In this document: positions 19,970 to 30,450 of the stretch, piece by piece
Layout: every line of letters begins with the position of its first letter
Numbering within the stretch: the stretch's first letter is position 1
Assembly: GCA_964573055.1 (NCBI GenBank)
Contig: CAZNIG010000018.1
Span: 23,538 to 87,537 of the forward strand
Reading direction: 5' to 3'
DNA: 64,000 bases
Source: an uncultured Dehalococcoidia bacterium
GTDB lineage: Bacteria; Chloroflexota; Dehalococcoidia; Lucifugimonadales; UBA2985
Position numbers and translations under genes: made by a program
Notes under the pieces: model-generated
The model's database searches: none
The model's input: only the letters and a program-made list of their open reading frames with translations
What the model was told of the DNA's origin: nothing

Positions 19970-22854
19970 ATCTTGCTCTCCTCATGGATTTTCAAAAGGT
20001 CTTCTAACTCCTGCTCCAATTTTTCCACAGACTGCTTGAGGCCCTCAAGTGCCTGCTGGATATTTTCCGACTGATTTATGTGACCAGAAGGGATACCATC
20101 CACGCCTAACATATCATCTGATACGTCCGCAGTATCATCAACGATTCCTACAAGGGCGTTCATAGCCTCTTTAAAATCTGCCTTCATCACTACCCTTTTC
20201 GCATCAGCAACTATTACTTGCTTCAATTCTGGGAACGCGACGTTTTCAGCCTGTATATACAAGGGTTCGACATACATGAGGAACTTCTTGTCTTCGTGTA
20301 CTATCGGAATCACTAGTAAATTACCCCGTATACAACGGGCTCCCCTCTGACAAAGTAACGTGAACTCCTTCTTAATAGTGAAATCATTATCAATTCGTGC
20401 TTCTACTTGCTCTGGGCCGTCCACCTGGGTGCCTTTAGGAAACAGAAAGGCTTTCAACGTACCGTATTGGCCTCTGTCGTTGTCACTTCGCGCTGCGAGC
20501 CAAGCTATTTGGTTCGGCTTATCCAGCGGGGTAAATGGAAGAAGGAGAACGAACTCTTCCTCAGCCTCTCCAGGCAATTTCATGATCACATAGTATGGCT
20601 CCATATCCAGCTCTGAGTCAAAAAACATCTCTCGAGGTACACTCCACGGATCCTCTTTACGATAAAAATCCCTTGTGTCTTCCATGTGGTATAGAAGATA
20701 TTTCTCAGCCTGTATGGAAAAGAAATCACTCGGATAACGTATATGCTCTTGCAATGAAACCGGCATCTCTGATTTTGATTTGAAAAGATCAGGAAACATT
20801 TTTGCGTACGCGGTTATAATCGCATCTTCCTCGTCAAAGATATAAAAATCCACACTACCATTATAAGCATCCACAACAACTTTTACGCTATTGCGAATGT
20901 AGTTAAACCTACCAATTGATGGATGAAAAGATGGGTCTGAATATGGATAGTAATTTGTTGTGGTATAGGCATCCTGCATCCACCACAGCCGGCCGTCAGC
21001 GACTACCATATAAGGATCTGAGTCCAACCGTAGAAACGGAGCAATCTCTATAACTCTGTCTTGAACCTGACGCCTATACTGGATACTAGATTCGGCAGTT
21101 ATGGCATCGCTAATGAGTATTTCAATATCCGAAAATTCCAATGCGTAAGCGACTTTCCTTACAAATGAGTCTAGAGCTACGCCGCCACTCCCAACATACC
21201 TATACGAACCACGATTAGTTTCAAGCCCCTCTGTATCAGGAAAGTCAAACTCTTCTTCATCAGAATTTACGATTACATAGTTTGGGCTATTTTCTCCGTA
21301 GTATATTTGAGGTCTTGATATCTCTGGTACTTCTCCTATCAAACTTTCTTTTCCTGGTCTAGGAGGTATATCTTTTATAAAGAAATCAGGTTTCCCTTCA
21401 GGAGTGAATTCAGTAGCAGGGCTCATAGCTATACCAAACCCATGGGTAAACTGGAGATGCCTATTGATCCAAGACTGAGACTCAATTGGAAGATCTTCTG
21501 AAAACAACTCTCTTGCCCCTAATATAACTTGTCGCACTTGCCCATCAATTTTGTACCTGTCCACATCCACATCTATGAACCGGTAGTAAGCCCTAAAAAA
21601 CTGAATCTGGTTATACAAACTTCTCAGCGGCCTGTGATCCCATAATCTTATGTTGTCTATGGTCTCGGGATTAGCACGCACAGTTTCAGCGGTTATTGGA
21701 GCCAGTTCACCGGCGAGGTCCCCACTTTCAATAACAGCCAAATCATAGCCTTCTTCTGTTATTCTGTCCAAAGCAAAGCCCTGCCTCGTAAAATCGATTG
21801 TTCTTGGAATATATTCGCCTTCTCTCTGAAGTTCGTTTGGCTTCACTTGAAAACGCTGCACCAAAGCTGGATATACAGAGACCAGCGTAATGCTTGCCAG
21901 CATCCACAACACTACACTTCCCAGCACAAGGTTAGCAGACTTAAAGTAAATGTTCGCAAAACACACCAAAGAACTGATTATACTAAGACTTATCAAAATA
22001 CGGAGAGCCGGTAATTTGGCATTTAATTCCGTAAATGAAGCACCAAAAACCGCCCCATCGGAGGAAAATAATAATTCGTAAATATCTACCCAGTAACCCG
22101 CACCAATAACCAATAAGAACAACCCAACCAAGAATGAGAAATGCATTAACACACGACTATCTGACCACAATACTTTTAGAGAAGAGACAAACCCCAGTCC
22201 TCTAAGGCCAAAATTGACAAAGTAAATGAGCCCACACATCAAGGTAATCGCTATCAGCATGCTCAATAACCATCCCTGTATCAAGCTGAATAGCGGCAAG
22301 GTGAACACATAGAATGAAATGTTATTCCCAAACGCTGGCTCTTGAGCCAAAACGGTCTGCTGAGATCCAACCTCTAGCCGAGTAAATGGTACGTCGTTGA
22401 TGAATCTTAGAAACAGTTCCCATTCCCCAGCTAACACAGACCCGAAAATTATCGCCAAGACAAATATTATTAGCCATATCCCCCAAGCCCCCATTCGCTT
22501 GATAAATCTAATTACTTCCAAGGGCAAAGGAACCCTATATAAACCCCTAGAGATACGGTCTGCATAAATCAAATTGGCCCCTGCAGCTGCCGCAAACAAG
22601 ATAGTACCCAACACAAACAATGGGAGTTTGGTCGAAAGAATCTTTAGATATACACCCTGATACCCTAAGGTTCCAAACCATAACCAATCCGTGAATATTG
22701 CGCGGGCCACACTTAGAACTACCGCAATAAAGAGCAAAGTTCCCAGTATTGCAGCAAATTTTACGATCAAACCGGAGGTGAAAGTCGGTAGACTTCCCTT
22801 TAGATCACCGTCTCGAAATTTAGGCCAATCAGCATCATCCGGGAGGTTGGCCAT
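19966..22854 (-). CDS. UPF0182-family polytopic membrane protein (unknown function)
   Basis: 962 aa with ~7 N-terminal TM helices ('DWLWFGTLGYQGVY') followed by a large soluble domain. It starts 4 nt after the argB stop, and its TGA overlaps the argD ATG (ATGA). Confidence 0.7.
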   Translation of the reverse strand: MANLPDDADWPKFRDGDLKGSLPTFTSGLIVKFAAILGTLLFIAVVLSVARAIFTDWLWFGTLGYQGVYLKILSTKLPLFVLGTILFAAAAGANLIYADRISRGLYRVPLPLEVIRFIKRMGAWGIWLIIFVLAIIFGSVLAGEWELFLRFINDVPFTRLEVGSQQTVLAQEPAFGNNISFYVFTLPLFSLIQGWLLSMLIAITLMCGLIYFVNFGLRGLGFVSSLKVLWSDSRVLMHFSFLVGLFLLVIGAGYWVDIYELLFSSDGAVFGASFTELNAKLPALRILISLSIISSLVCFANIYFKSANLVLGSVVLWMLASITLVSVYPALVQRFQVKPNELQREGEYIPRTIDFTRQGFALDRITEEGYDLAVIESGDLAGELAPITAETVRANPETIDNIRLWDHRPLRSLYNQIQFFRAYYRFIDVDVDRYKIDGQVRQVILGARELFSEDLPIESQSWINRHLQFTHGFGIAMSPATEFTPEGKPDFFIKDIPPRPGKESLIGEVPEISRPQIYYGENSPNYVIVNSDEEEFDFPDTEGLETNRGSYRYVGSGGVALDSFVRKVAYALEFSDIEILISDAITAESSIQYRRQVQDRVIEIAPFLRLDSDPYMVVADGRLWWMQDAYTTTNYYPYSDPSFHPSIGRFNYIRNSVKVVVDAYNGSVDFYIFDEEDAIITAYAKMFPDLFKSKSEMPVSLQEHIRYPSDFFSIQAEKYLLYHMEDTRDFYRKEDPWSVPREMFFDSELDMEPYYVIMKLPGEAEEEFVLLLPFTPLDKPNQIAWLAARSDNDRGQYGTLKAFLFPKGTQVDGPEQVEARIDNDFTIKKEFTLLCQRGARCIRGNLLVIPIVHEDKKFLMYVEPLYIQAENVAFPELKQVIVADAKRVVMKADFKEAMNALVGIVDDTADVSDDMLGVDGIPSGHINQSENIQQALEGLKQSVEKLEQELEDLLKIHEESKI

Positions 22855-22858
22855 ATCA

Positions 22859-23668
22859 CTACTCTATTTTGGTACCGAGGTTCTTCCCGTTGACTAAATC
22901 AAAGAGAGCACTACTATCCCGGCCATCAATAATTCGGGAGGATTTAACACTTCCAAGTGCCGTTAAACAAGCTTGAATTTTCGGAACCATCCCCCCAGCT
23001 ATGACATCTGTGCCCATAAGGGCTATCGCTTCATCCTGGGTGAGCTTCTTAAGTGTCTCGCCTTCTTTCCCCAGAACGCCTTCAACATCAGTAAGGAAAA
23101 CTATCCCCTCGGCCCTCAAAGCAAGTGCTATCTCCCCGGCAGCAGTATCTCCATTGATGTTCAAAAGCATGTCCTCACCTATAACACCTTTTTCGTTCAC
23201 TGCCACAGGTGCAATTACAGGAACATATCCATTCGCAAGGGCACTATATATAGGGGCGGCATCCACATTTGTTACCTTGCCAACAAGCCCAAGACCTGGT
23301 TCCAATACTGTTGCAGTGAGCATCGCCCCGTCGGCTCCACTCATACCCACGGCTCTGCCCCCCAAACTGTTAATGGAAGACACCAGCTGTTTGTTAACTA
23401 AACCGCAAAGCACAGCTAACACAATTTCCATACTAGCTGAATCGGTTACCCTTAGGCCATTAACGAAACTAGGCGTTACACCTTGTTTCTTCATCCAATC
23501 TGATATTATCTGGCCTCCGCCATGGATGATCACCATTGACTTTCCAAGGCGCTGAAGAGAAACAATATCCTCTAGGGTGGTATCATGGCTGCCAAGTATG
23601 CTTCCACCTATCTTAACCACTAGAGGTGAGGTATGCCGAACATCATCAGACAATCTTGCTTTTAGCAT
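22859..23668 (-). CDS. argB: acetylglutamate kinase
   Basis: 269 aa with 'VVKIGGS', 'VIIHGGGQI' and 'LNINGDTAAGEIA' amino-acid-kinase motifs. Confidence 0.9.
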   Translation of the reverse strand: MLKARLSDDVRHTSPLVVKIGGSILGSHDTTLEDIVSLQRLGKSMVIIHGGGQIISDWMKKQGVTPSFVNGLRVTDSASMEIVLAVLCGLVNKQLVSSINSLGGRAVGMSGADGAMLTATVLEPGLGLVGKVTNVDAAPIYSALANGYVPVIAPVAVNEKGVIGEDMLLNINGDTAAGEIALALRAEGIVFLTDVEGVLGKEGETLKKLTQDEAIALMGTDVIAGGMVPKIQACLTALGSVKSSRIIDGRDSSALFDLVNGKNLGTKIE

Positions 23669-23708
23669 ATCGTGGAATTAGGCCACAATCTTTGGCAGCC
23701 CCCCCCTT

Positions 23709-24947
23709 CTAGGTAGTATATGCGCTGTTAAAAGTCACATATTCCTCACTCAGATCGCATCCCCAGGCAGTAGCGGCTCCACTTTCGATTTTGAGATCCA
23801 AGCGAATTGTGACACTTTCTCCACTCATTGCAACCTCTACACTTTCCTTGAAGAAAGGTATAGGCTTGCCATCTTCCATTATTTTCACTTCGTTAATATA
23901 CAAGTCTATAAGATTCTCATCCAATTCAGCCCCGCTATATCCTAGGGCTGCAATAATGCGCCCCCAATTAGGATCTCCGCCATGAACAGCCGACTTTACC
24001 AAGGTCGAAGAGGCAACTGCCTTAGCAGCTATTCGAGCATCGTTCTCGTTTTTTGCACCTTCTACATCTACTTGGATTAGCTTAGTTGCTCCCTCGCCAT
24101 CCCTAGCTATTTCCTTGGCTAGATATACGCAAACTTGCAAAAGGGCTTCTCTAAATGATTCACTACCAGCAGTACCATTCGCAATTTGCTCACCACCTGC
24201 GGCACCATTAGCTAATATTATCACCGTGTCATTGGTACTAGTATCACCGTCCACAGTAATCATGTTAAAAGAACGATTTACTGCATAAGTAAGAGACTCC
24301 TGCAGGAATCCGCTGTCTACTCCGGCGTCTGTTGCCAGAAAACCCAACATAGTCGCCATGTTAGGGTGTATCATGCCAGACCCCTTAGCGATTCCACCCA
24401 ATACATAGGTTTTACCCTCAACTTGAAAAGCCACCGCTACTTCCTTGGAACGCTTATCAGTAGTTAGTATCGCTCTGGCGAGATCATGCCCACCGTCATA
24501 CGTCATTGTTATGTTTTTAACACCGTTCCTGATCAACGCCATAGGCAGTTCGACTCCTATAAGGCCGGTGCTGGATGGCAACACGAGTTCAGGATCAAGA
24601 TCAAGGGAGATAGCCGCCGCTTCGGCCATATCTATGGCATCTTTCATGCCCTGATCTCCAACACACGCGTTGGCTATGCCGCTGTTCACCACAATAGCCT
24701 GAGCCCTCCCTGACAAAACCCTGTTTTGATCCAATGTAACCGAGGAAGACCTAACTTTGCTAGTAGTAAATGATCCCGCCGCTGTGCATTCGTAGTCTGA
24801 CAGCGCCATACCCAAATCTAACTTCCCTTCGGAGTAGGTTCTGATACCAGAATAAGTGGCACCAGCCTTAAAGCCTTTGGGCGAGGTTATCGTACCGCCT
24901 TCAAGCCACCTGAGTTCTGTGGCCAAATCACACCTCACTATCATCAT
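23709..24947 (-). CDS. argJ: bifunctional ornithine acetyltransferase / N-acetylglutamate synthase ArgJ
   Basis: 'GFKAGATYSGI', 'KGSGMIHPNMATMLGF' (autocleavage T in 'ATML') and 'DGDTSTND'. The start is set at the internal ATG 24947; the ORF track starts at 25013. Confidence 0.85.
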   Translation of the reverse strand: MMIVRCDLATELRWLEGGTITSPKGFKAGATYSGIRTYSEGKLDLGMALSDYECTAAGSFTTSKVRSSSVTLDQNRVLSGRAQAIVVNSGIANACVGDQGMKDAIDMAEAAAISLDLDPELVLPSSTGLIGVELPMALIRNGVKNITMTYDGGHDLARAILTTDKRSKEVAVAFQVEGKTYVLGGIAKGSGMIHPNMATMLGFLATDAGVDSGFLQESLTYAVNRSFNMITVDGDTSTNDTVIILANGAAGGEQIANGTAGSESFREALLQVCVYLAKEIARDGEGATKLIQVDVEGAKNENDARIAAKAVASSTLVKSAVHGGDPNWGRIIAALGYSGAELDENLIDLYINEVKIMEDGKPIPFFKESVEVAMSGESVTIRLDLKIESGAATAWGCDLSEEYVTFNSAYTT

Positions 24948-25172
24948 CCTAAAGATGAGTCGGAGTATAACACTATAACGGAGGGCAACAAAAGACCTCT
25001 CGGCTAAACACATGACTCAGAACCTATGGTAAGAACACATTACGCATCCATACCATCGGATAACAGCTAAAATCATTTTATAGCTCAATTATTTACCACC
25101 AATATAGTGGTTTAGTGGATCTAGTAAACGAAATTAGACAATCCATGAATGCACACTAACCCAAGCTTAGCT

Positions 25173-26552
25173 CTATTCAGCGTTCCGTTGCCTTATATCT
25201 TTCTCGAGGCCCTTTTGCAACCCAAGCAACTTATCACTTAATTCAACCGGGTATTCAGAAGGAGAAGATAGGAGTTTAAAGCGCCCTTCTAGACTTTCAA
25301 TATCTTCCTGAAAATTGTTACGTGCATCTTCAAGGAGAGGAATTTGCCTTACAACACTACCAGCCCTCATAAATGTATCAAGCAGAGCCTCTGAATTACC
25401 ACTTGGTGGAGATTCATCAACCAGACTAATAACATCTCGATTGAAAGTACCATCCATATTTCTCATCCTAAAGACCTGCTTCTCTTCTGGCAGGGATATT
25501 TTGCCTGGGCTAAGTTTCAATATCGGCCTACCAGCGTAGTTGACTATCTTGTAGGCCATTTCCAGCCACGGGGTATCTCCTGACGTAGCCATCTGGGTCC
25601 CTACACCAAACATATCTATGGGGGCTCCTGCTTTGACTAAGGCTTCTATTATATTTTCGTCTAGCCCGCCACTAGCAATAATTTTTACGTAGCCAAGATT
25701 GGAATCATCCAACAATCGCCTTACTTTCCCACTCAGGTACAAGATATCACCACTATCTATTCTGACACCTTTCAAGAATTGGCCTTTCTTCTCCATTTCG
25801 ATTGCTACCTCAATGGCCTTATCCGTCGCCGATATGGTATCGTACGTGTCTATTAATAAAACCGAATCCACTGGGAAAGCAGTCACGTACGCTCTAAACG
25901 CTTCTATTTCGGATTCAAAGCTTGCTACGTACGAGTGAGCCATCGTACCTGCCAACGGTATACCATATAAAATGCCGGCTAGAACGTTGCTGGTTGCCTG
26001 AAAACCTACCATATAACTGCAGCGAGCTGCCTTCATACCTGCATCTGTTCCATGTGCCCGCCTCATAGAAAAATCTATGAGCCCAGTTTCACCAGCAGCC
26101 AAGTAACACCTAGCAGCCTTGGTAGCAATCATGCTCTGCACATTCATTTGATTTATGACCATAGTCTCTATCAATTGGGCCTCTATTATCGGGGCTGTAA
26201 TTTCTAATAAAGGCTCATCCTGAAAATATAGCCGTCCCTCCGGTATGCCACGAACATCACCTGTGAATCTAAGACTACCTAGATATTGCAGGAAATTGTC
26301 TTTAAATAATCCTGTAGATCTCAGATAATCTACAGCAACTTGAGAAAATGAAAAATCCTGAAGATACCTCAGAACATCTGATATGCCAGCTGATACGAAA
26401 TAGGATCGGTTAATTTCAGATTTTCGAGTAACCAAACTAAAAGTCGCATTGGACGACATATTCTGATCGAAGTAACTTTGCGCCATTGTAAGTTCGTATA
26501 GATCCACGAACAAAACTGCTTCATCTCTGGGTGGAATTTTTGGTCTATACAT
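25173..26552 (-). CDS. pncB: nicotinate phosphoribosyltransferase
   Basis: 459 aa with 'DLYELTMAQSYF', 'GTMAHSYV' and 'VRIDSGD' NAPRTase motifs. Confidence 0.8.
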   Translation of the reverse strand: MYRPKIPPRDEAVLFVDLYELTMAQSYFDQNMSSNATFSLVTRKSEINRSYFVSAGISDVLRYLQDFSFSQVAVDYLRSTGLFKDNFLQYLGSLRFTGDVRGIPEGRLYFQDEPLLEITAPIIEAQLIETMVINQMNVQSMIATKAARCYLAAGETGLIDFSMRRAHGTDAGMKAARCSYMVGFQATSNVLAGILYGIPLAGTMAHSYVASFESEIEAFRAYVTAFPVDSVLLIDTYDTISATDKAIEVAIEMEKKGQFLKGVRIDSGDILYLSGKVRRLLDDSNLGYVKIIASGGLDENIIEALVKAGAPIDMFGVGTQMATSGDTPWLEMAYKIVNYAGRPILKLSPGKISLPEEKQVFRMRNMDGTFNRDVISLVDESPPSGNSEALLDTFMRAGSVVRQIPLLEDARNNFQEDIESLEGRFKLLSSPSEYPVELSDKLLGLQKGLEKDIRQRNAE

Positions 26553-26798
26553 GGCATTCCTCCTCGATGGTCCCGAAGAAAATTGCTAAAACCGCTAACC
26601 ACAGTTGATTCTAAATCGGAATTAATGGCCAGTCAAAATGCCATACAATGTTATTACAAGCGATTAACATTCTTTCTAATATTCAAAAATCATAGGCGGC
26701 CAGGATATCTACTATAATGTACAAGAAACAATTCGAAACCTTAACTCTCAATCGTAAATTCAGTTCGTACAAACTATTATCTGCTACTACCCGGACTA

Positions 26799-27353
26799 AT
26801 GGTTACTAAGCTTTACAACACAACACTGGAGGTTGACTTGACTAATTACCAAGATTTAATAAGGGATGTACCAGATTTCCCTAAACAAGGAATCCTATTT
26901 AAGGACATAACTCCATTACTCAACTCACCAATCGCATTCAATAAAACCATAAAGGACATGTGTTACCAATTCCGAAACGAAGAAATAGATTCGATAGTGG
27001 CAATCGAAGCCCGCGGATACATATTCGGAGCGCCGATAGCACACGAGCTTCAAGCTGGCTTTATACCAGTCCGTAAACAAGGGAAACTACCCTGGAACAC
27101 CACCAGCATTGAATATTCTCTGGAATACGGATCGGCAGTGTTAGAAATTCACAAAGATGCGCTAAGGCGTGGACAAAAAGTTCTTATTGTAGACGACGTC
27201 CTAGCCACCGGTGGTACAATCAACGCCACGATTAACTTGATAGAACAGGCTGGCGCAGAAATAGCTGGTATAGTGGTTCTAATTGAGCTTTTAGAACTGA
27301 GGGGAGCAGAGCTATTTAATGACTATAAAGTCACGTCAATATTAAAAACGTAG
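26799..27353 (+). CDS. apt: adenine phosphoribosyltransferase
   Basis: 184 aa with 'FPKQGILFKDITPLL' and the PRPP motif 'VLIVDDVLATGGT'. Confidence 0.9.
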   Translation: MVTKLYNTTLEVDLTNYQDLIRDVPDFPKQGILFKDITPLLNSPIAFNKTIKDMCYQFRNEEIDSIVAIEARGYIFGAPIAHELQAGFIPVRKQGKLPWNTTSIEYSLEYGSAVLEIHKDALRRGQKVLIVDDVLATGGTINATINLIEQAGAEIAGIVVLIELLELRGAELFNDYKVTSILKT

Positions 27354-27393
27354 CAGATCCTTCTCTACCAATTGCCAAAAGGAATAAGCGTAT

Positions 27394-28218
27394 ATGAGCA
27401 ACATTCAAGCGGAAGCTGTTACATTTGACCTTTGGCAAACCCTGATACAGGATAACAGGGATTTGAGGAGGACACGCACAATGCGCCGGCTTGAAGGGAC
27501 CCAAGTCATCCTAAACGAAGCCGGCTATTCTTATAGCCTTGATTTCTTACAAGAAGCGTACAGACGTTGTTTTAGAAAATGCAATGAAATACATGCTATA
27601 GAGAAGGACGTCACTTTCACCAAGCAGGTTAGCATGTTCATAAATGAAATTGATAAGCAACTAGAGGGATCTCTGAATGCGAGATACCAAAAACAAATTT
27701 TAGAATGCTATGCAGACTCTTTCTTCGAGTTTCCCGCTCCACCAGACCCAAGTGCTTATGACACAATTAGAAAAGTAGCACAAATGGGCTACCGTATTGG
27801 ATTGATATCCAACACAGGCCAGACTCCAGGGTATCTTTTTAGGATATATCTGAAGCAGCTAGATATGCTTAATTTTTTCGACGTCCTCACCTTCTCAGAC
27901 GAAGTTGAACTCACAAAGCCGTCAATCGAGATCTTCAAAATGACCCTGAAGTCATTGGGCACTACACCAGAAAAATCAATACATGTGGGGGATCATTTAA
28001 AAAACGACGTTATAGGAGCTAATCTAGCAGGAATGTCAACCGTTCATCTAGTTCATCATGATAGGAAACTTGCACCACCGATACAAGATACAACTATAAA
28101 GAACGAACAGGTCTCTACAAAATTATCAGGCGAAGCCCAGAGCGAAGAGGAACTAGCGGCAAAGCCCAATATTGAGATAGAAAATCTTCATGAACTTCCT
28201 CATATTCTGGGCCGCTGA
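27394..28218 (+). CDS. HAD-superfamily hydrolase (subfamily IA-like)
   Basis: Motif I 'VTFDLWQTL', motif II 'GLISNT' and motif IV 'HVGDHLKNDVIGA', followed by a ~55-aa low-complexity C-terminal tail. Confidence 0.6.
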   Translation: MSNIQAEAVTFDLWQTLIQDNRDLRRTRTMRRLEGTQVILNEAGYSYSLDFLQEAYRRCFRKCNEIHAIEKDVTFTKQVSMFINEIDKQLEGSLNARYQKQILECYADSFFEFPAPPDPSAYDTIRKVAQMGYRIGLISNTGQTPGYLFRIYLKQLDMLNFFDVLTFSDEVELTKPSIEIFKMTLKSLGTTPEKSIHVGDHLKNDVIGANLAGMSTVHLVHHDRKLAPPIQDTTIKNEQVSTKLSGEAQSEEELAAKPNIEIENLHELPHILGR

Positions 28219-28295
28219 TAAATATTTGTCGAATATTAACCGACCCCATACAATCGAGTCTCAGGACTGATAGCAAACTAATTGATCCTCGTGGC

Positions 28296-28304
28296 TGGTA
28301 TAAT
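28296..28304 (+). promoter_or_regulatory. candidate extended -10 promoter element (TGGTATAAT) upstream of mtnA
   Basis: Matches TGnTATAAT and lies ~190 nt upstream of the mtnA ATG. Confidence 0.3.
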
Positions 28305-28496
28305 AAAAAGGTTAAACAAATGACATCTGTGTCATATCAGAATCTAGATTGGAATTGAAAGTTCGTACGTATAGGACACAAGCGGGCAAATTAAACAGAG
28401 GAGATAATTACCTACAACTTACCCCTGATGGCAATACACAGTAATACAATCCAACCCTTTCCGGTAGCAAACCGTAGTTATTAAGCCACCAACCCA

Positions 28497-29561
28497 ATGA
28501 AACTTTCAAAAAGAGAAACGAGCATGCTCCCCAAAATCGTGGACTGGAATCAAAGCTGTTTACACATTCTTGACCAAAGCCTCTTACCTAGAGAAGAAGT
28601 TCAACTGAAATTAAGAACACCCAACGAAGTCAGTACCGCAATAAAAGAGATGAAGATCCGGGGAGCGCCAGCAATAGGGATAGCGGCAGCATATGGCCTT
28701 CTTCTGGCCGCCATCAACTCCAGAGACCAAGAATACGCTGAGTTGATAAACAACCTCAAATTCACCTACAACGACTTGATGAACACTAGGCCAACCGCAT
28801 TTAACCTTAGATGGGCACTCGACAGAATGATGGCCCTAGCAATTTCTACATCCTCTAAAGATCAAATAGAGCATTTGCTGGCCAAAGAGGCCAGAAATAT
28901 ACACAAACAGACTGAAGAGTCTGACATAGCAATAAGTGAGTTGGGAGCAACACTACTTCAGCAAGGCTCAAAAATACTCACTCACTGCAATACTGGTGCC
29001 CTTGCTACTGGTGGACAAGGCACTGCCTTGGGTATAATCCGCAAGGCATGGGAACTTGGTCTAGTCGACCATGTCATAGCTACCGAGACCAGGCCTTGGC
29101 TTCAAGGTGCCCGGTTAACTGCATGGGAATTAAAACGCGCCTCTATCCCATTTACTATAATAGTGGATTCTGCAGCAGCGCACCTCATGGATGTCACTCA
29201 AATAAATTGCGTAATAGTTGGTGCAGATAGGATAGCCAGTAACGGAGATACGGCAAACAAAATTGGAACACGATCCCTAGCAATCTTGGCATCTGAAAGT
29301 AATATTCCTTTCTATGTAGCAGCGCCCTCCAGTACAGTGGATCTAAGCATAAATCATGGCCACCAAATAATTGTTGAGGATCGCCCAGCCGAAGAAGTGA
29401 CCTCTCTAAATGGCATCTCTATTACTCCACCCGATACCCACGCATTTAACCCAGCATTTGACATTACGCCCCATAGATATATCAACGCCATAGTCACTGA
29501 CAAGGGAATTGCACTGCCGCCATACGAATTTTCACTAACTAAACTGGTACATAATGACTAG
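28497..29561 (+). CDS. mtnA: S-methyl-5-thioribose-1-phosphate isomerase
   Basis: 354 aa, eIF-2B/MtnA family ('IRGAPAIGIAAAYG', 'THCNTGALAT', 'VGADRIASNGDTANKIGT'). Confidence 0.85.
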   Translation: MKLSKRETSMLPKIVDWNQSCLHILDQSLLPREEVQLKLRTPNEVSTAIKEMKIRGAPAIGIAAAYGLLLAAINSRDQEYAELINNLKFTYNDLMNTRPTAFNLRWALDRMMALAISTSSKDQIEHLLAKEARNIHKQTEESDIAISELGATLLQQGSKILTHCNTGALATGGQGTALGIIRKAWELGLVDHVIATETRPWLQGARLTAWELKRASIPFTIIVDSAAAHLMDVTQINCVIVGADRIASNGDTANKIGTRSLAILASESNIPFYVAAPSSTVDLSINHGHQIIVEDRPAEEVTSLNGISITPPDTHAFNPAFDITPHRYINAIVTDKGIALPPYEFSLTKLVHND

Positions 29562-30414
29562 AATTAGCATCGGAATATTAGGAGGCACTGGACTATATAA
29601 CTTAGATTATCTAGAAGATATCAAGGAGGTCTCGCCGAACACCCCATTCGGTAAGCCTAGCGACAACATAGTAACCGGGACTATCCACGGCACACCAGTT
29701 GCATTCTTGGCGCGTCACGGCAGAGGCCATGTATACTCACCATCGGAAATTCCTGCCCGTGCCAACATATTTGCTCTCAAAGAAATGGGCGTACAACGAC
29801 TTATATCTGTAAGCGCCGTTGGTAGCCTAAGAGAAAACATCCGCCCTCTAGACATAGTCATTCCAAATCAATTTATAGACAGGACAAAAAGCAGGCCTTC
29901 GACCTTTTTTGATGGCGGTATAGTCGCCCATGTCTCATTTGCTCAGCCAATTTGCGAGCAAATGGCAGGCATCCTCTACAAAGGAGCTATGGATAACGGT
30001 GCCACCACACATGCCTCTGGAACGTATGTCGTTATTGAGGGGCCCCAATTTTCTACCATCGCTGAATCCCACATGTACCGCTCATGGGGTGCTGACATAA
30101 TAGGCATGACGGCACTTCCAGAATCCAAACTCGCCAGAGAAGCAGAGATGTGCTACTCTGTCCTCGCCTGCACCACAGATTATGACTGCTGGCGCACGGA
30201 AGAGACTCCCGTCACAGTGGAAATGGTAGTAGCAAACCTAAACAAGAACTCCGCCCTCTCTAAATCCATTCTGACAGATATAATCCCAAAGATACCACTA
30301 GAACAAGAATGCGGATGTCAATCGTCCCTTGATAACTCTATTATCACGAATATAGAAATAATTGCCGAGGAACCAAAACAAAAACTATGGCCCCTACTAA
30401 AAAAATATTTGTAA
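29554..30414 (+). CDS. mtnP: S-methyl-5'-thioadenosine phosphorylase
   Basis: 286 aa with 'IGILGGTGLY', 'FLARHGRGH' and 'GADIIGMTALPE'. It overlaps mtnA by 8 nt. Confidence 0.85.
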   Translation: MTRISIGILGGTGLYNLDYLEDIKEVSPNTPFGKPSDNIVTGTIHGTPVAFLARHGRGHVYSPSEIPARANIFALKEMGVQRLISVSAVGSLRENIRPLDIVIPNQFIDRTKSRPSTFFDGGIVAHVSFAQPICEQMAGILYKGAMDNGATTHASGTYVVIEGPQFSTIAESHMYRSWGADIIGMTALPESKLAREAEMCYSVLACTTDYDCWRTEETPVTVEMVVANLNKNSALSKSILTDIIPKIPLEQECGCQSSLDNSIITNIEIIAEEPKQKLWPLLKKYL

Positions 30415-30450
30415 CTTCTCAATCCCTGAATCACATGGAGGTAAAACAGA

